A stretch of 64,000 bases of DNA from Vulcanimicrobiota bacterium. GTDB lineage: Bacteria; Vulcanimicrobiota; Vulcanimicrobiia; Vulcanimicrobiales; Vulcanimicrobiaceae. Below are positions 1 through 10,103 of the stretch, piece by piece. The position numbers and the translations under genes are program-made. Where the stretch lies: positions 64,001-128,000 of the forward strand of contig CAWGBN010000006.1 of assembly GCA_963820825.1 (NCBI GenBank). Reading direction: 5' to 3'. How positions within the stretch are numbered: the first letter of the stretch is position 1; each line of letters starts with the position of its first letter. Below the pieces are notes generated by a model. It did no database searches. It worked only from the letters and a program-made list of their open reading frames with translations, and was not told where the DNA came from.

Positions 1-1406
1 ATCTTTCCGAACGGGATATAGTGGCGCAGCGGAATTTCAGCGGCTGCGGCGTGGCGCAATCCGGCGATCGCCGCTGCAATCATGCAGACGCCCACGCCGA
101 TCGATACCCAGAAGGCGGCATGCAAGCCGCCGGCGAGCGTCGGCTGCATCTCTTGCGCGGCGGCGCCGAGCGCGACCCCGAAAGCGATCCCGAGTTGCAG
201 CGCGAAGCTGAGCGCGGCCGAGGCGCTTCCTTCGTCGGCATCGTCGACGTGCGCGAGACCGGCGATCATCCCGCTTTGATAGGCGAGCATGCCGCCGAAG
301 CCGCCGATACACGTCGCCGGGAAGATCGTCGCCCAATATGACGAGTGCGGCTCCATGAAGAGCAGTATCGCCTCGCCGGCGGTCATTACGGCACCCATGG
401 CGATACACATCCTGCGTACGCCGATGGCGCGCGCGATCGGCATCGTGAGCGGCGCCGCGACGAACGAGATGATCAACGCGGAAGGAAGAAAGGCGAGCCC
501 CGCTTCGAGCGGCGTGTAGCCCGAGACTTGCTGGACGTAGACCGATGCGAAGACCATGATCCCGGCATACGACATCGGCTGCAGCAGCACGATCGAGGCT
601 CCCGAGAGCAGATCCGGATAACGGAAGAGTCGCGGCGGAAGAATCGGTTCCGCGGCCAGCCGCTGCACTACGATCAACAACGCGAGCAGCACCAGCGTGA
701 TGACGATGCCGGCAATCGTCCGTAGCGAGCCGATGCCGCCGTCCGGAATCGATTCGATCGTATAGACGAACGTCACGAGCATTGCCGTGAGCAAGACCGC
801 GCCCGGCACGTCGAGCTTCGTGCGGCCTGCGACGCCGGCGTCTCGCGGCAGATGCGACGCGGCGAGCGCGAGGACGACGACAGCGAACGGCACGTTGACG
901 TAGAGCACCGAGCGCCATCCCAAATATTGAACCAGTACCCCGCCGAAGAGCATGCCGGCGGCGACGCCGGTGCTGCCGATGGTCCCCCAGAGTGCGATCG
1001 CGCGCGAGCGCGCGGCACCGGGCGCGAACATCGAGAGCACGATCGCCAACGCCGCCGGATTGACCAGCGCCGCACCCAAACCTTGAAGGCCGCGCATGGC
1101 GATCAGAAAGACGCCGTTGGGCGACAAGCCGCCCAGAAACGACGCTACCGTGAAGATTACCAACCCGATGACGAAGAAGCGGTAGCGCCCGTAGATGTCG
1201 GCGCAGCGCCCCGTCAGCATGAGAAATCCGGCGAGGAAGATCGCGTAGGTGCTCACGATCCATTGGCCCGACGATGCGGTTAGGTGAAGGTCGCGCTCCA
1301 TCGACGGCAGGGCGATGCTGACGATCGAGAAGTCGACGAGCAGCATGAAAAAGGTCGCGCTCAACAAGCCGAACGCGACCCACACTCGCCCCCGTGGGGC
1401 AATCAC
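1..1406 (-). CDS. MFS transporter, DHA2/EmrB-like; 3' end runs off the window
   Basis: Manual translation from GTG at 1406 (GTGA overlap with korB stop): VIAPRGRVWVAFGLLSATFFMLLVDFSIVSIALPSMERDLHLTASSGQWIVSTYAIFLAGFLMLTGRCADIYG, typical DHA2 N-terminus. Missing from the ORF track because no stop lies in the window. Confidence 0.9.
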   Translation of the reverse strand, partial: MIAPRGRVWVAFGLLSATFFMLLVDFSIVSIALPSMERDLHLTASSGQWIVSTYAIFLAGFLMLTGRCADIYGRYRFFVIGLVIFTVASFLGGLSPNGVFLIAMRGLQGLGAALVNPAALAIVLSMFAPGAARSRAIALWGTIGSTGVAAGMLFGGVLVQYLGWRSVLYVNVPFAVVVLALAASHLPRDAGVAGRTKLDVPGAVLLTAMLVTFVYTIESIPDGGIGSLRTIAGIVITLVLLALLIVVQRLAAEPILPPRLFRYPDLLSGASIVLLQPMSYAGIMVFASVYVQQVSGYTPLEAGLAFLPSALIISFVAAPLTMPIARAIGVRRMCIAMGAVMTAGEAILLFMEPHSSYWATIFPATCIGGFGGMLAYQSGMIAGLAHVDDADEGSASAALSFALQLGIAFGVALGAAAQEMQPTLAGGLHAAFWVSIGVGVCMIAAAIAGLRHAAAAEIPLRHYIPFGK

Positions 1407-2419
1407 GGCTGCATCAGGCGTTGCCAATCGTCGGGTTGGATTCGCAGATCTGTTTCGTCGAGCTGCGCGAGCGGCGTGCGGGTGAGGTGTTCGCGTTCGC
1501 AGAGATCCTGCTCTTTGGTGTCGACGAAGAGCAGGCCGGTCACGAACTCGCCCTTCGCGCGCGATTCGTGAATCGTGCGCAGTGCGCCGATCCCGTCGGT
1601 CGGATCGTAGTCGACGTCGAGCTTGCGAAGCAAGACGTGCGAGCCATCCTCGAGCTCGACGTCGCGGACGGTGCCGGGCTCGTAATCGACGGTGACCTCG
1701 CGCCCGCCGGCGATGTAATCGGCGGTGTGCAGCACGATGTCGTGATCCTTGACGTAGGCGTAACTCTTGGTCGACCCGGCGTGGTCGTTGAAGGTCACGC
1801 AGGGGCTGATCACGTCGAGGATCGCGGTTCCACGATGCGAGAAGGCAGCTTGAAGCAACGGCACGAGCTGCTTTCCGTCGCCCGAGAACGAACGCGCGAC
1901 GAACGTCGCGCCCAGCTCGATCGCGAGACCGCAGATATCGATCGTCGCGTACTCGTTGACCTTGCCGCCCTTCTGCGTCGATCCGACGTCGGCCGTGGCG
2001 GAGAACTGTCCCTTCGTGAGACCGTAGCATCCGTTGTTTTCGACGATGTACGTGCAGTCGACGTTGCGCCGGATCATGTGACAGTATTGTCCCAAGCCGA
2101 TGCTCGCGGTGTCGCCGTCGCCGCTGATGCCCAGAACGAGCAGATCGCGATTGGCAAGCTTCGCGCCCGTCGCAGCCGAAGGCATGCGGCCGTGCAATCC
2201 GTTGAAGCCGTGCGCTTGTTCGACGAAATAGGCGGGCGTCTTCGAAGAGCAGCCGATGCCGCTCATCTTCGCCAGCTTGTGCGGCTCGACCCCGTACTCG
2301 TAGAGCGCCTTGATCAAATGGTTGGTGATCGAGTTGTGGCCGCACCCGGCGCAGAGCGTCGTTGGAAGTCCTTTGTAGACCTCGCGCGTGAGCCCGATAA
2401 TGTTCAAATTGGCTGTCAT
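1403..2419 (-). CDS. korB: 2-oxoacid:ferredoxin oxidoreductase beta subunit
   Basis: TLCAGCGH, SGIGCSSK, HGR, TPP motif GDGD...NNGCYGLTKGQFS, SPCVTFN. Confidence 0.95.
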   Translation of the reverse strand: MTANLNIIGLTREVYKGLPTTLCAGCGHNSITNHLIKALYEYGVEPHKLAKMSGIGCSSKTPAYFVEQAHGFNGLHGRMPSAATGAKLANRDLLVLGISGDGDTASIGLGQYCHMIRRNVDCTYIVENNGCYGLTKGQFSATADVGSTQKGGKVNEYATIDICGLAIELGATFVARSFSGDGKQLVPLLQAAFSHRGTAILDVISPCVTFNDHAGSTKSYAYVKDHDIVLHTADYIAGGREVTVDYEPGTVRDVELEDGSHVLLRKLDVDYDPTDGIGALRTIHESRAKGEFVTGLLFVDTKEQDLCEREHLTRTPLAQLDETDLRIQPDDWQRLMQP

Positions 2420-2430
2420 TTTATCTCTTT

Positions 2431-2464
2431 GTTATCCTGAGGCTGTCGAAGGATTGTCGAAGGA
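2431..2464. repeat. REP-like element GTTATCCTGAG-N-GTCGAAGG with duplicated TGTCGAAGGA
   Basis: Same motif appears inverted at 5069-5107. Confidence 0.55.
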
Positions 2465-2469
2465 CATAT

Positions 2470-4293
2470 TTAATCCGCGACGACCGCCGGCGCCCGCTCC
2501 TCCTCGAGGAGCGGATCGATGATCGCGTGCGCGTCGATGGGGACGCCGTTGTAGTGACGAATTGATTCGAGCCGGCCGAGCAGATGCGTCGGCAGCTCGG
2601 CGCGCATGATTCCGAAGAGCTGACCGTCGCGATTCTGCTCCACGACGTAGACGCGGTCGTGGCGCTTGACGAAGGCCGCTACGTCCGGCGAGAGCGGCAG
2701 CGCGCGCACCCGCATGTAGTTGAACTCGATGCCCGCGTCGCTGAGAAAATCGCGCGCTTCGACGACTGCGTGGTGCGTCGTGCCGTAGGCCAGGATCGCG
2801 ATCTTCGTGCCTTTCTTCTCCTCGACGACCGGCGCCGGCACGGCCGTTCGCGCCGTTTCGTGTTTGCGCACGAGCCGGTCGAGGTTGCGTTGCCAAACGT
2901 CGGGCATCTCGGAGTAGCGCGCCTCCTCGTCGTGACCGGTGCCGCGCGTAAAGAAGCCGGCGTTTGGGTGCTGCGTTCCCGGCAGCGTGCGATACGGAAT
3001 CCCGTCCTTGTCGACGTCGCGATAGCGCCCCCATGACTTCATCGACGAAAGATCGTCGGCCCCGAGCACCTTACCGCGGTCGAACGGTTTATCCGGGTAG
3101 CGAAGCGGCGGCGTCAGCCAGGCGTTCATCCCCAGATCGAGGTCGCTGAGCACGAAGACCGGCGTCTGAAAGCGCTCGGCGAGATCGAACGACTCCATTG
3201 CGAACTCGTACGCTTCGGCGACGGTCGCCGGCAAGAGGACGATATGCTTGGTATCGCCGTGCGAGAGCGTGTAGGTAAAGGCAACGTCGCCCTGCATCGT
3301 GCGCGTCGGCAATCCGGTCGACGGCCCGGCGCGCTGCACGTCGAAGATCACGCCCGGAACTTCGGCAAAATATCCGTATCCGGCATACTCGGCCATCAGC
3401 GAGATTCCCGGACCGGAGGTCGAGGTCATCGCGCGCGCCCCGGCCCAGCCGGCGCCGAAGACGATCCCGGCGGCTGCGAGCTCGTCCTCAGCCTGGACGA
3501 TCGCGACGTTGTGCCGCCCGGTCTCTTTATCGACGCGGTAGCGGTCGCAGTATTGAATGAAGTACTCGCAGAGCGACGACGAAGGCGTGATCGGATACCA
3601 CGCGGCAACCGTACAGCCGCCCATCAAGCATCCCAATGCGGCCGCGCGATTCCCCTCCATGAACATCAAACCGTCGGTCTTACCCGTCATCGGTACGAAA
3701 CGGAACGGGTCGTGCTTTTCGAGGTGCGTGCGCGCGTATTCGAGGCCGACGTTTACCGCGGTGAGATTGAGCTCGACCGCCGACGACTTGTTGCGAAACT
3801 GCGCTCGCAGGCTCTCTTCGATGGTGGCGATCGGGATATCGAAGAGGTGCGCGAGCGCGCCCACGTAGATCATGTTCATCAAATACTTGCGAAGGTCGCC
3901 CTTATCGGCGAAATGCTCCTTCGCTAAAGCCGTGAACGGAACGGGATAGTAGCTGAGATCCTCGCGCAGCGTATCGCCCTTGCACGGGAAGCTCTCTTCG
4001 TGCACGACCGCGCCGCCGGGCTTGACGCCGGCGACGTCTTGCGCCCACGTCGCCGCGTTGAGCGCGACCAGCACGTCGAAGTCGCGGGCGCGGCACTGAT
4101 AGCCGAGCGCCGAGACGCGCACGTCGAACCACGTCGGCAGCCCCTCGATATTCGAGGGAAAGACGTTCTTCGGAGCGACCGGAATTCCGAGACGCGCGAC
4201 GGCGTTGGTGAGCACGAGATTCGAAGACTGGCTGCCCGACCCGTTGACCGTCGCTACGCGAATGGTGAAATCGTTAACGTTGCGCGCTGGCAT
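2470..4293 (-). CDS. korA: 2-oxoacid:acceptor oxidoreductase alpha subunit (fused gamma-alpha)
   Basis: Start MPARNVNDFTIRVATVNGSGSQS; YPITPSS, QAEDE, TSGPG, QRAGPSTGLPT. Confidence 0.95.
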   Translation of the reverse strand: MPARNVNDFTIRVATVNGSGSQSSNLVLTNAVARLGIPVAPKNVFPSNIEGLPTWFDVRVSALGYQCRARDFDVLVALNAATWAQDVAGVKPGGAVVHEESFPCKGDTLREDLSYYPVPFTALAKEHFADKGDLRKYLMNMIYVGALAHLFDIPIATIEESLRAQFRNKSSAVELNLTAVNVGLEYARTHLEKHDPFRFVPMTGKTDGLMFMEGNRAAALGCLMGGCTVAAWYPITPSSSLCEYFIQYCDRYRVDKETGRHNVAIVQAEDELAAAGIVFGAGWAGARAMTSTSGPGISLMAEYAGYGYFAEVPGVIFDVQRAGPSTGLPTRTMQGDVAFTYTLSHGDTKHIVLLPATVAEAYEFAMESFDLAERFQTPVFVLSDLDLGMNAWLTPPLRYPDKPFDRGKVLGADDLSSMKSWGRYRDVDKDGIPYRTLPGTQHPNAGFFTRGTGHDEEARYSEMPDVWQRNLDRLVRKHETARTAVPAPVVEEKKGTKIAILAYGTTHHAVVEARDFLSDAGIEFNYMRVRALPLSPDVAAFVKRHDRVYVVEQNRDGQLFGIMRAELPTHLLGRLESIRHYNGVPIDAHAIIDPLLEEERAPAVVAD

Positions 4294-4357
4294 ACTTGGT
4301 TGGTTACGCGCCGCAGGCCGGAGGCCTGCGGGGATGGCCGCCAGAAGGACGGCCCGG

Positions 4358-5068
4358 ATGCTGGCGCTCTCGCACGTTATCCTGCACGTGGGGTTTTGCG
4401 GTGCCATCGCTCGGATGCCGGCCGAAACAACCGTGGCACTGCGCGTTCACCTCGCCGACCGTTCCGGTCGCACGCAAGTCGATAAGGTCTTTCGCGTCGA
4501 GCGCGGCGACGAATCCGAAGCGATCGTCGAGTTCGACAGCGCCTTCGGCACCTACCGGCTCGACCTCGTCGCGCCGCGGTACCGCTGCTCGGCGACCGAT
4601 TACCTGTTTCTCATTTCGGGGCACGATCGGAGCGTGACGGAGAAGCTCGCCGATGCGTCGGCTCCCGCGCTGCCCGCGCCGGTACTGCTCTCCGGCACGG
4701 CTCCGCAGTCCTTTCTCTACGTCCAGCCGACGTTCGTACTCTTCGATAAGAGTCAGACCGCCTGCGATAAACCCGTGCCCCAGCCGCTGACGACGAACGT
4801 CAGCGTTGAGAACGATCAGGACGGATACTACATCTCGCTCTATCCCGATCGGTCGGCTGCGCCCGGCTCGCAGCAGCTCGCGCTGCGGCTGCGAACGCCG
4901 ACGCGACAGTACCACTACGTGCGCGTTCCGATCTCGTTTCCAATGGCACCGACGGGTTGGCCGACGAGCGTTACGCTCGACGTGACCGAGGATATGATCG
5001 ACGGACTCGCGGGCGATCCGGTCAACACTCTGCTCTGCCCGAAGATGTGGCGCACCTCGGCCGGATAG
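4358..5068 (+). CDS. Hypothetical protein (start 4334 or 4358)
   Basis: Long ORF with natural composition, divergent from korA; no recognised motif. Confidence 0.65.
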   Translation: MLALSHVILHVGFCGAIARMPAETTVALRVHLADRSGRTQVDKVFRVERGDESEAIVEFDSAFGTYRLDLVAPRYRCSATDYLFLISGHDRSVTEKLADASAPALPAPVLLSGTAPQSFLYVQPTFVLFDKSQTACDKPVPQPLTTNVSVENDQDGYYISLYPDRSAAPGSQQLALRLRTPTRQYHYVRVPISFPMAPTGWPTSVTLDVTEDMIDGLAGDPVNTLLCPKMWRTSAG

Positions 5069-5107
5069 CCCTTCGACTCCGCCGCCGCGCGGCTCGCTCA
5101 GGATGAC
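5069..5107. repeat. REP-like element (reverse complement GTCATCCTGAGC-N-GTCGAAGGG)
   Basis: Matches the 2431-2464 motif; starts right after a stop codon. Confidence 0.6.
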
Positions 5108-5146
5108 AAAAAAAGGAAACAGGCGCACCTCAACGGTGCGCCTGTT
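5108..5146 (-). terminator. Rho-independent terminator of groESL
   Basis: 12-bp perfect stem AACAGGCGCACC/GGTGCGCCTGTT, 5-nt loop, followed on the minus strand by TCC and a T7 tract. Confidence 0.9.
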
Positions 5147-5172
5147 AGTCTCGACAGTCCGCGTTCGGACTA

Positions 5173-6848
<1,676 letters not shown>

Positions 6849-7154
6849 TTAAACGCCGGCCGGCACTTTGTCGACGATGGCGAGAATGTCTTTTTCCGGA
6901 ATGATGAGATACTCGGTACCGTCGATCTTGACTTCGCTGCCCGAGTACTTGCGATAGAGCACGCGATCGCCGACCTTGACGTGCATCTCGACCTGAGTGC
7001 CCTTATCGGTCACCCGGCCGGTTCCGACAGCCCGAATGATGCCCTCTTGGGGCTTCTCCTTGGCCGTATCCGGAAGAAAGACGCCGCCGCTGGTCTTGTC
7101 GTCCTGCTCTACGTGCTCGACAACGACGTTGTCGAACAAGGGCTTGAGATTCAC
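6849..7154 (-). CDS. groS: Co-chaperonin GroES
   Basis: GTG start with GGAGG RBS; LKPLFDNVVV, TSGGVFLPDTAKEKPQEG, VGDRVLY. Confidence 0.97.
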   Translation of the reverse strand: MNLKPLFDNVVVEHVEQDDKTSGGVFLPDTAKEKPQEGIIRAVGTGRVTDKGTQVEMHVKVGDRVLYRKYSGSEVKIDGTEYLIIPEKDILAIVDKVPAGV

Positions 7155-7200
7155 GCTAAACCTCCACTGAAATATCGGTAATATAGGTGAGGAACACAAT

Positions 7201-7227
7201 TTAGCACTCTTCGCGCTCGAGCGCTAG
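7201..7227. promoter_or_regulatory. CIRCE element 1 (HrcA operator)
   Basis: TTAGCACTC-N9-GAGCGCTAG against consensus TTAGCACTC-N9-GAGTGCTAA, upstream of groES. Confidence 0.92.
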
Positions 7228-7234
7228 CCGTGCC

Positions 7235-7264
7235 ATATTAGCAGAGTCTGCTCGCGAGTGCAAG
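7235..7264 (-). promoter_or_regulatory. CIRCE element 2 overlapping the sigmaA-type groESL promoter
   Basis: Plus strand TTAGCAGAG-N9-GAGTGCAAG (7238-7264); minus strand TTGCAC-17 nt-TAATAT. Confidence 0.85.
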
Positions 7265-7319
7265 GACCCTTTCTCCAGGGTGGCGCTCTGGCGGCTAGGC
7301 GAGCGAGCGCCTTCTCTCT

Positions 7320-7598
7320 TTAGAGAATGAGTCGGGCCGGCGAGACGAAGAGCAGGTAGGCCTGGGCCGCCGCCACCGCGGCAAAGAAGAGGACCACCCA
7401 GGGCGGCTTCACCCAACAGCGCCATTGCCGAACGCCCGCGGCGTAGGCCGCGCTGTAGAGCACCACGGCCGCGACCGAGAGCACGAGCACGGCGTACTTA
7501 CCGAAGAGGAGCGCGAGAAAGGCCGCCTTGCAGAACGTGAAGGCGTAGCCCTCGATCTCCTTACCGCGCTGGACTCTGGTCGAGTTCTCCACGAGCAA
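7320..7598 (-). CDS. Small membrane protein (92 aa, 2-3 TM)
   Basis: Hydrophobic ORF overlapping the 3' end of the radical SAM gene; AAAGGA upstream. Confidence 0.75.
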   Translation of the reverse strand: MLVENSTRVQRGKEIEGYAFTFCKAAFLALLFGKYAVLVLSVAAVVLYSAAYAAGVRQWRCWVKPPWVVLFFAAVAAAQAYLLFVSPARLIL

Positions 7599-9090
7599 CC
7601 ATTCCTTTCATGGCGCGCGTTCGCACTTTTGGGAAGAGGCGCGCCGCACAGAACGGCATGCGCACCGGATCGTTCCCCGCGCCGGCGACGTGCACGCAGC
7701 ATTGTTCGAGCCGTTCGGTAATGAGGGTATCGGCGTCCATGAAGTGCTTGATCGTCACGCGTTTGACCCGCTCGCCGACAAAGCGCGCCGTCGCATCCTT
7801 CGCAAACGCCATCCGGATGAGCTCGCCGATGCCCCCGAAGTCGCACGCGTCGCAGAGCGTGCGCAGGTGCTTCGCGAGCTCCGGGCGCGAGAGCGTCATC
7901 GTCTCCGACATGACGCTCATCAGGCCGTCGCGCACGCGCTCGAGCGTCTCGGTGAAGGCGATCTGGTTTGCGAAGACGCTCAAATGCTCGCGTAGCGCGG
8001 CTTCTCCGACGACCGACGCGAGCCCGACGAACCGCCCATGACGGCCGCGCAGGAAGTAGCCGATCGAGCAGCAGTCGGGATGGCTGCACGGTAGGGCGAT
8101 CAGATCGTGCGTACCGACGCCGTAGCGCGACTGCGCGGCGATGCGCGCGAGAACGCCGGTCGTCGTGATCCGCGACATCGGATCGACTCCCGGTGCGCGG
8201 CCCGAAGCAAAGATCGGCTGAAACATGACGCCGCCTACGTACGGCGTCTCGAATGCCGTGTCGAGCACCTCGCCGATCTGATCGGCGTTCTCTGGAACGA
8301 CGGTCATGACGAGCGTGGTAAAGACCCGCGCCCCACTCAGCCGCGCAACCGCGCGGGATTTTACCTCGCGCAGGTCGACCCCGCGCAGGGTTGCGTGCGT
8401 TGCCGCACGCTGCCCGTCGTACTGCAGATAGACCTCAACCCGCTCGCGCAGTCCGCGGAGAGAGTCGAGCAAGCCGTCTTCGTTTGCGAGACGCACGCCG
8501 TTGGTGTTGAGCAGAATGCGGGTGATGGGAAGCGCGCAGAGCCGATCGATCAGTTCGCGAATCTGCGGATGCACGGTCGGTTCGCCGCCCGAGAGCATGA
8601 CGACGTCGAGGCGCCCGGCTTCGCGTTCGATCGCCGTCTCGACCGCATGCACGGCCGATTCCAGTGGAAGATAGTGGCCGAGCGCCGGACTCGAGCTCGT
8701 GTAACATGCCGGACAGGTCAGATTGCACTGTGTCGTCAGATCGAGCAAGTAAATACACGAGTGCTGGAGGTGCCCCGGCCCGAGCCCGTGCTCGTAACCG
8801 GTCGGCACCGGATAGAGCTCGTTCGTATCGGGATTGATGATCTTGGTCGGAACCCGCCACTGCTGCAGGTAACGCCAGAGCGATGCGTCCTCTTCGTAGA
8901 GCGACCAAACCTCGCCGTGACCGCGCCGGCACCAACGCCGCAGGTAGACCGCGCCGTCCCGTTCGACGAGATGACCGTCGCAGAAATCGTCCGGATACTG
9001 CGGATCGAATCCGTCGTGCTCCGAAAAGCAGCGCGGGCAGACCGCACGCACGCTCTTGAGAACCGTGTAGTCGTAAACGCCGAGGGGCAT
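7561..9090 (-). CDS. Radical SAM protein of the MJ0619/tetraether synthase (Tes, GDGT-MAS)-like family
   Basis: N-terminal CPRC...CRRGHG, CNLTCPAC, SGGEPTVHP, NTNG, YLQYDG, C-terminal PCSHPDCC, RLEQCCVH, PFCA. Confidence 0.85.
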   Translation of the reverse strand: MPLGVYDYTVLKSVRAVCPRCFSEHDGFDPQYPDDFCDGHLVERDGAVYLRRWCRRGHGEVWSLYEEDASLWRYLQQWRVPTKIINPDTNELYPVPTGYEHGLGPGHLQHSCIYLLDLTTQCNLTCPACYTSSSPALGHYLPLESAVHAVETAIEREAGRLDVVMLSGGEPTVHPQIRELIDRLCALPITRILLNTNGVRLANEDGLLDSLRGLRERVEVYLQYDGQRAATHATLRGVDLREVKSRAVARLSGARVFTTLVMTVVPENADQIGEVLDTAFETPYVGGVMFQPIFASGRAPGVDPMSRITTTGVLARIAAQSRYGVGTHDLIALPCSHPDCCSIGYFLRGRHGRFVGLASVVGEAALREHLSVFANQIAFTETLERVRDGLMSVMSETMTLSRPELAKHLRTLCDACDFGGIGELIRMAFAKDATARFVGERVKRVTIKHFMDADTLITERLEQCCVHVAGAGNDPVRMPFCAARLFPKVRTRAMKGMVARGELDQSPAR

Positions 9091-9401
9091 CAGTGCATGT
9101 TTCCGAGGCCGCCGATGATGGCGTTGCAGAGCGCCGTGAGTCCCAAGAGTCCGGCCGCCGATCCGGTGACCAAGCCGCTCATGAAGTCGATCCGCCTTCG
9201 CGCGAGCGCAACGCCCCAGACTCCCAGTGCAAACCCGCCGACGTAGATGACGGCAAAGCCGTAGGCCGCGTTTGAAGTGAATCGCTCGCCGATCGTCGCC
9301 GCGAGGAGAACCGCGAGCGGCATTACGACGAAGCCGCCGACCGCGATTCCCACCATCAGCCCTACGAAGAACTGACCGTGGAGAGGTGTCTTCGCGGCCA
9401 C
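9090..9401 (-). CDS. Small membrane protein (~103 aa, 3 TM); start approximate
   Basis: VAAKTPLHGQFFVGLMVGIAVGGFVVMPLAVLLAA...LLGLTALCNAIIGGLGNMH; stop overlaps the radical SAM ATG (TGATG). Confidence 0.75.
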   Translation of the reverse strand: MAAKTPLHGQFFVGLMVGIAVGGFVVMPLAVLLAATIGERFTSNAAYGFAVIYVGGFALGVWGVALARRRIDFMSGLVTGSAAGLLGLTALCNAIIGGLGNMH

Positions 9402-10060
9402 AGTTGCGTCAGCTTGAATCCGAAGAAGAAGAGGCCCCCGATGCAGAGCACTTGTGCGAGCGTCAGGCCGAGCGGCGTCGCCGGCGCGACGCGAAAGAAC
9501 TCGACCGCGAAGCGATCGGCGCAAAAGAGCACTCCGCCGAAGTAGAAGAGGCCGTTCTCGGGGAGCACTCTTTTCGATTCGAGTGCCGCGAGCGCGGCAA
9601 AGGCGATCGCCGCCGCCGCCGCGAGATAGAGTTGCGCGGGATGGCGCCACGCGCCATGATCGTGCACCGCCCACGCGACGGAGGCGGCTCTGCCGTAACA
9701 GCAGCCGCCGATGAAACACCCGATTCGTCCGATCGCCTCGCCCGCCGGAATCGCGAGCGCGAAGAGATCGCCGGTGGGGCGCGCGATGCCCAAATGCCGC
9801 TTCATCGCGACGACCGCGAGCCACCCGCCGAGAATCCCGCCTTCGATCGTCTTCCCGGGGAGACCGGTTGCGAGCAGCTGCAGCAGGTTGGCACCGGCGA
9901 GCCCGCCGATCAGTCCCGCCGCCATGATCTGCGCCGCGACGTCCCCGGCCAATCCGCGGCGCCGCGCCATCTGCCAGAAGACGAACGCCGCGGTCGCATA
10001 TGCGGCAACGTACAGCGGCGCCGCAAGGAGCCAGCGTGCGTGCCCGTCGAGCGAATCCAT
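9362..10060 (-). CDS. Prolipoprotein diacylglyceryl transferase (Lgt)-like membrane protein, divergent subfamily
   Basis: GRIGCFIGGCCYG, RHPAQLY, RFAVEFFR, GLTLAQ; GKTIEGG in place of canonical SFHGG. Confidence 0.85.
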   Translation of the reverse strand: MDSLDGHARWLLAAPLYVAAYATAAFVFWQMARRRGLAGDVAAQIMAAGLIGGLAGANLLQLLATGLPGKTIEGGILGGWLAVVAMKRHLGIARPTGDLFALAIPAGEAIGRIGCFIGGCCYGRAASVAWAVHDHGAWRHPAQLYLAAAAAIAFAALAALESKRVLPENGLFYFGGVLFCADRFAVEFFRVAPATPLGLTLAQVLCIGGLFFFGFKLTQLWPRRHLSTVSSS

Positions 10061-10103
10061 TACCTACCGCCACTTCTGCCAGGCGGGTCACCCGCCTGCG
10101 CGA

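Noticed and set aside
37..1383. 448-aa ORF on the minus strand
   Set aside because: Arg-rich off-frame shadow; the real MFS gene is in another frame and runs off the window.
7561..9090. RiPP maturase with SPASM domain, or MoaA
   Set aside because: No SPASM Cys pattern, precursor peptide, RRE or moa genes; motifs fit the MJ0619/Tes-like family better.
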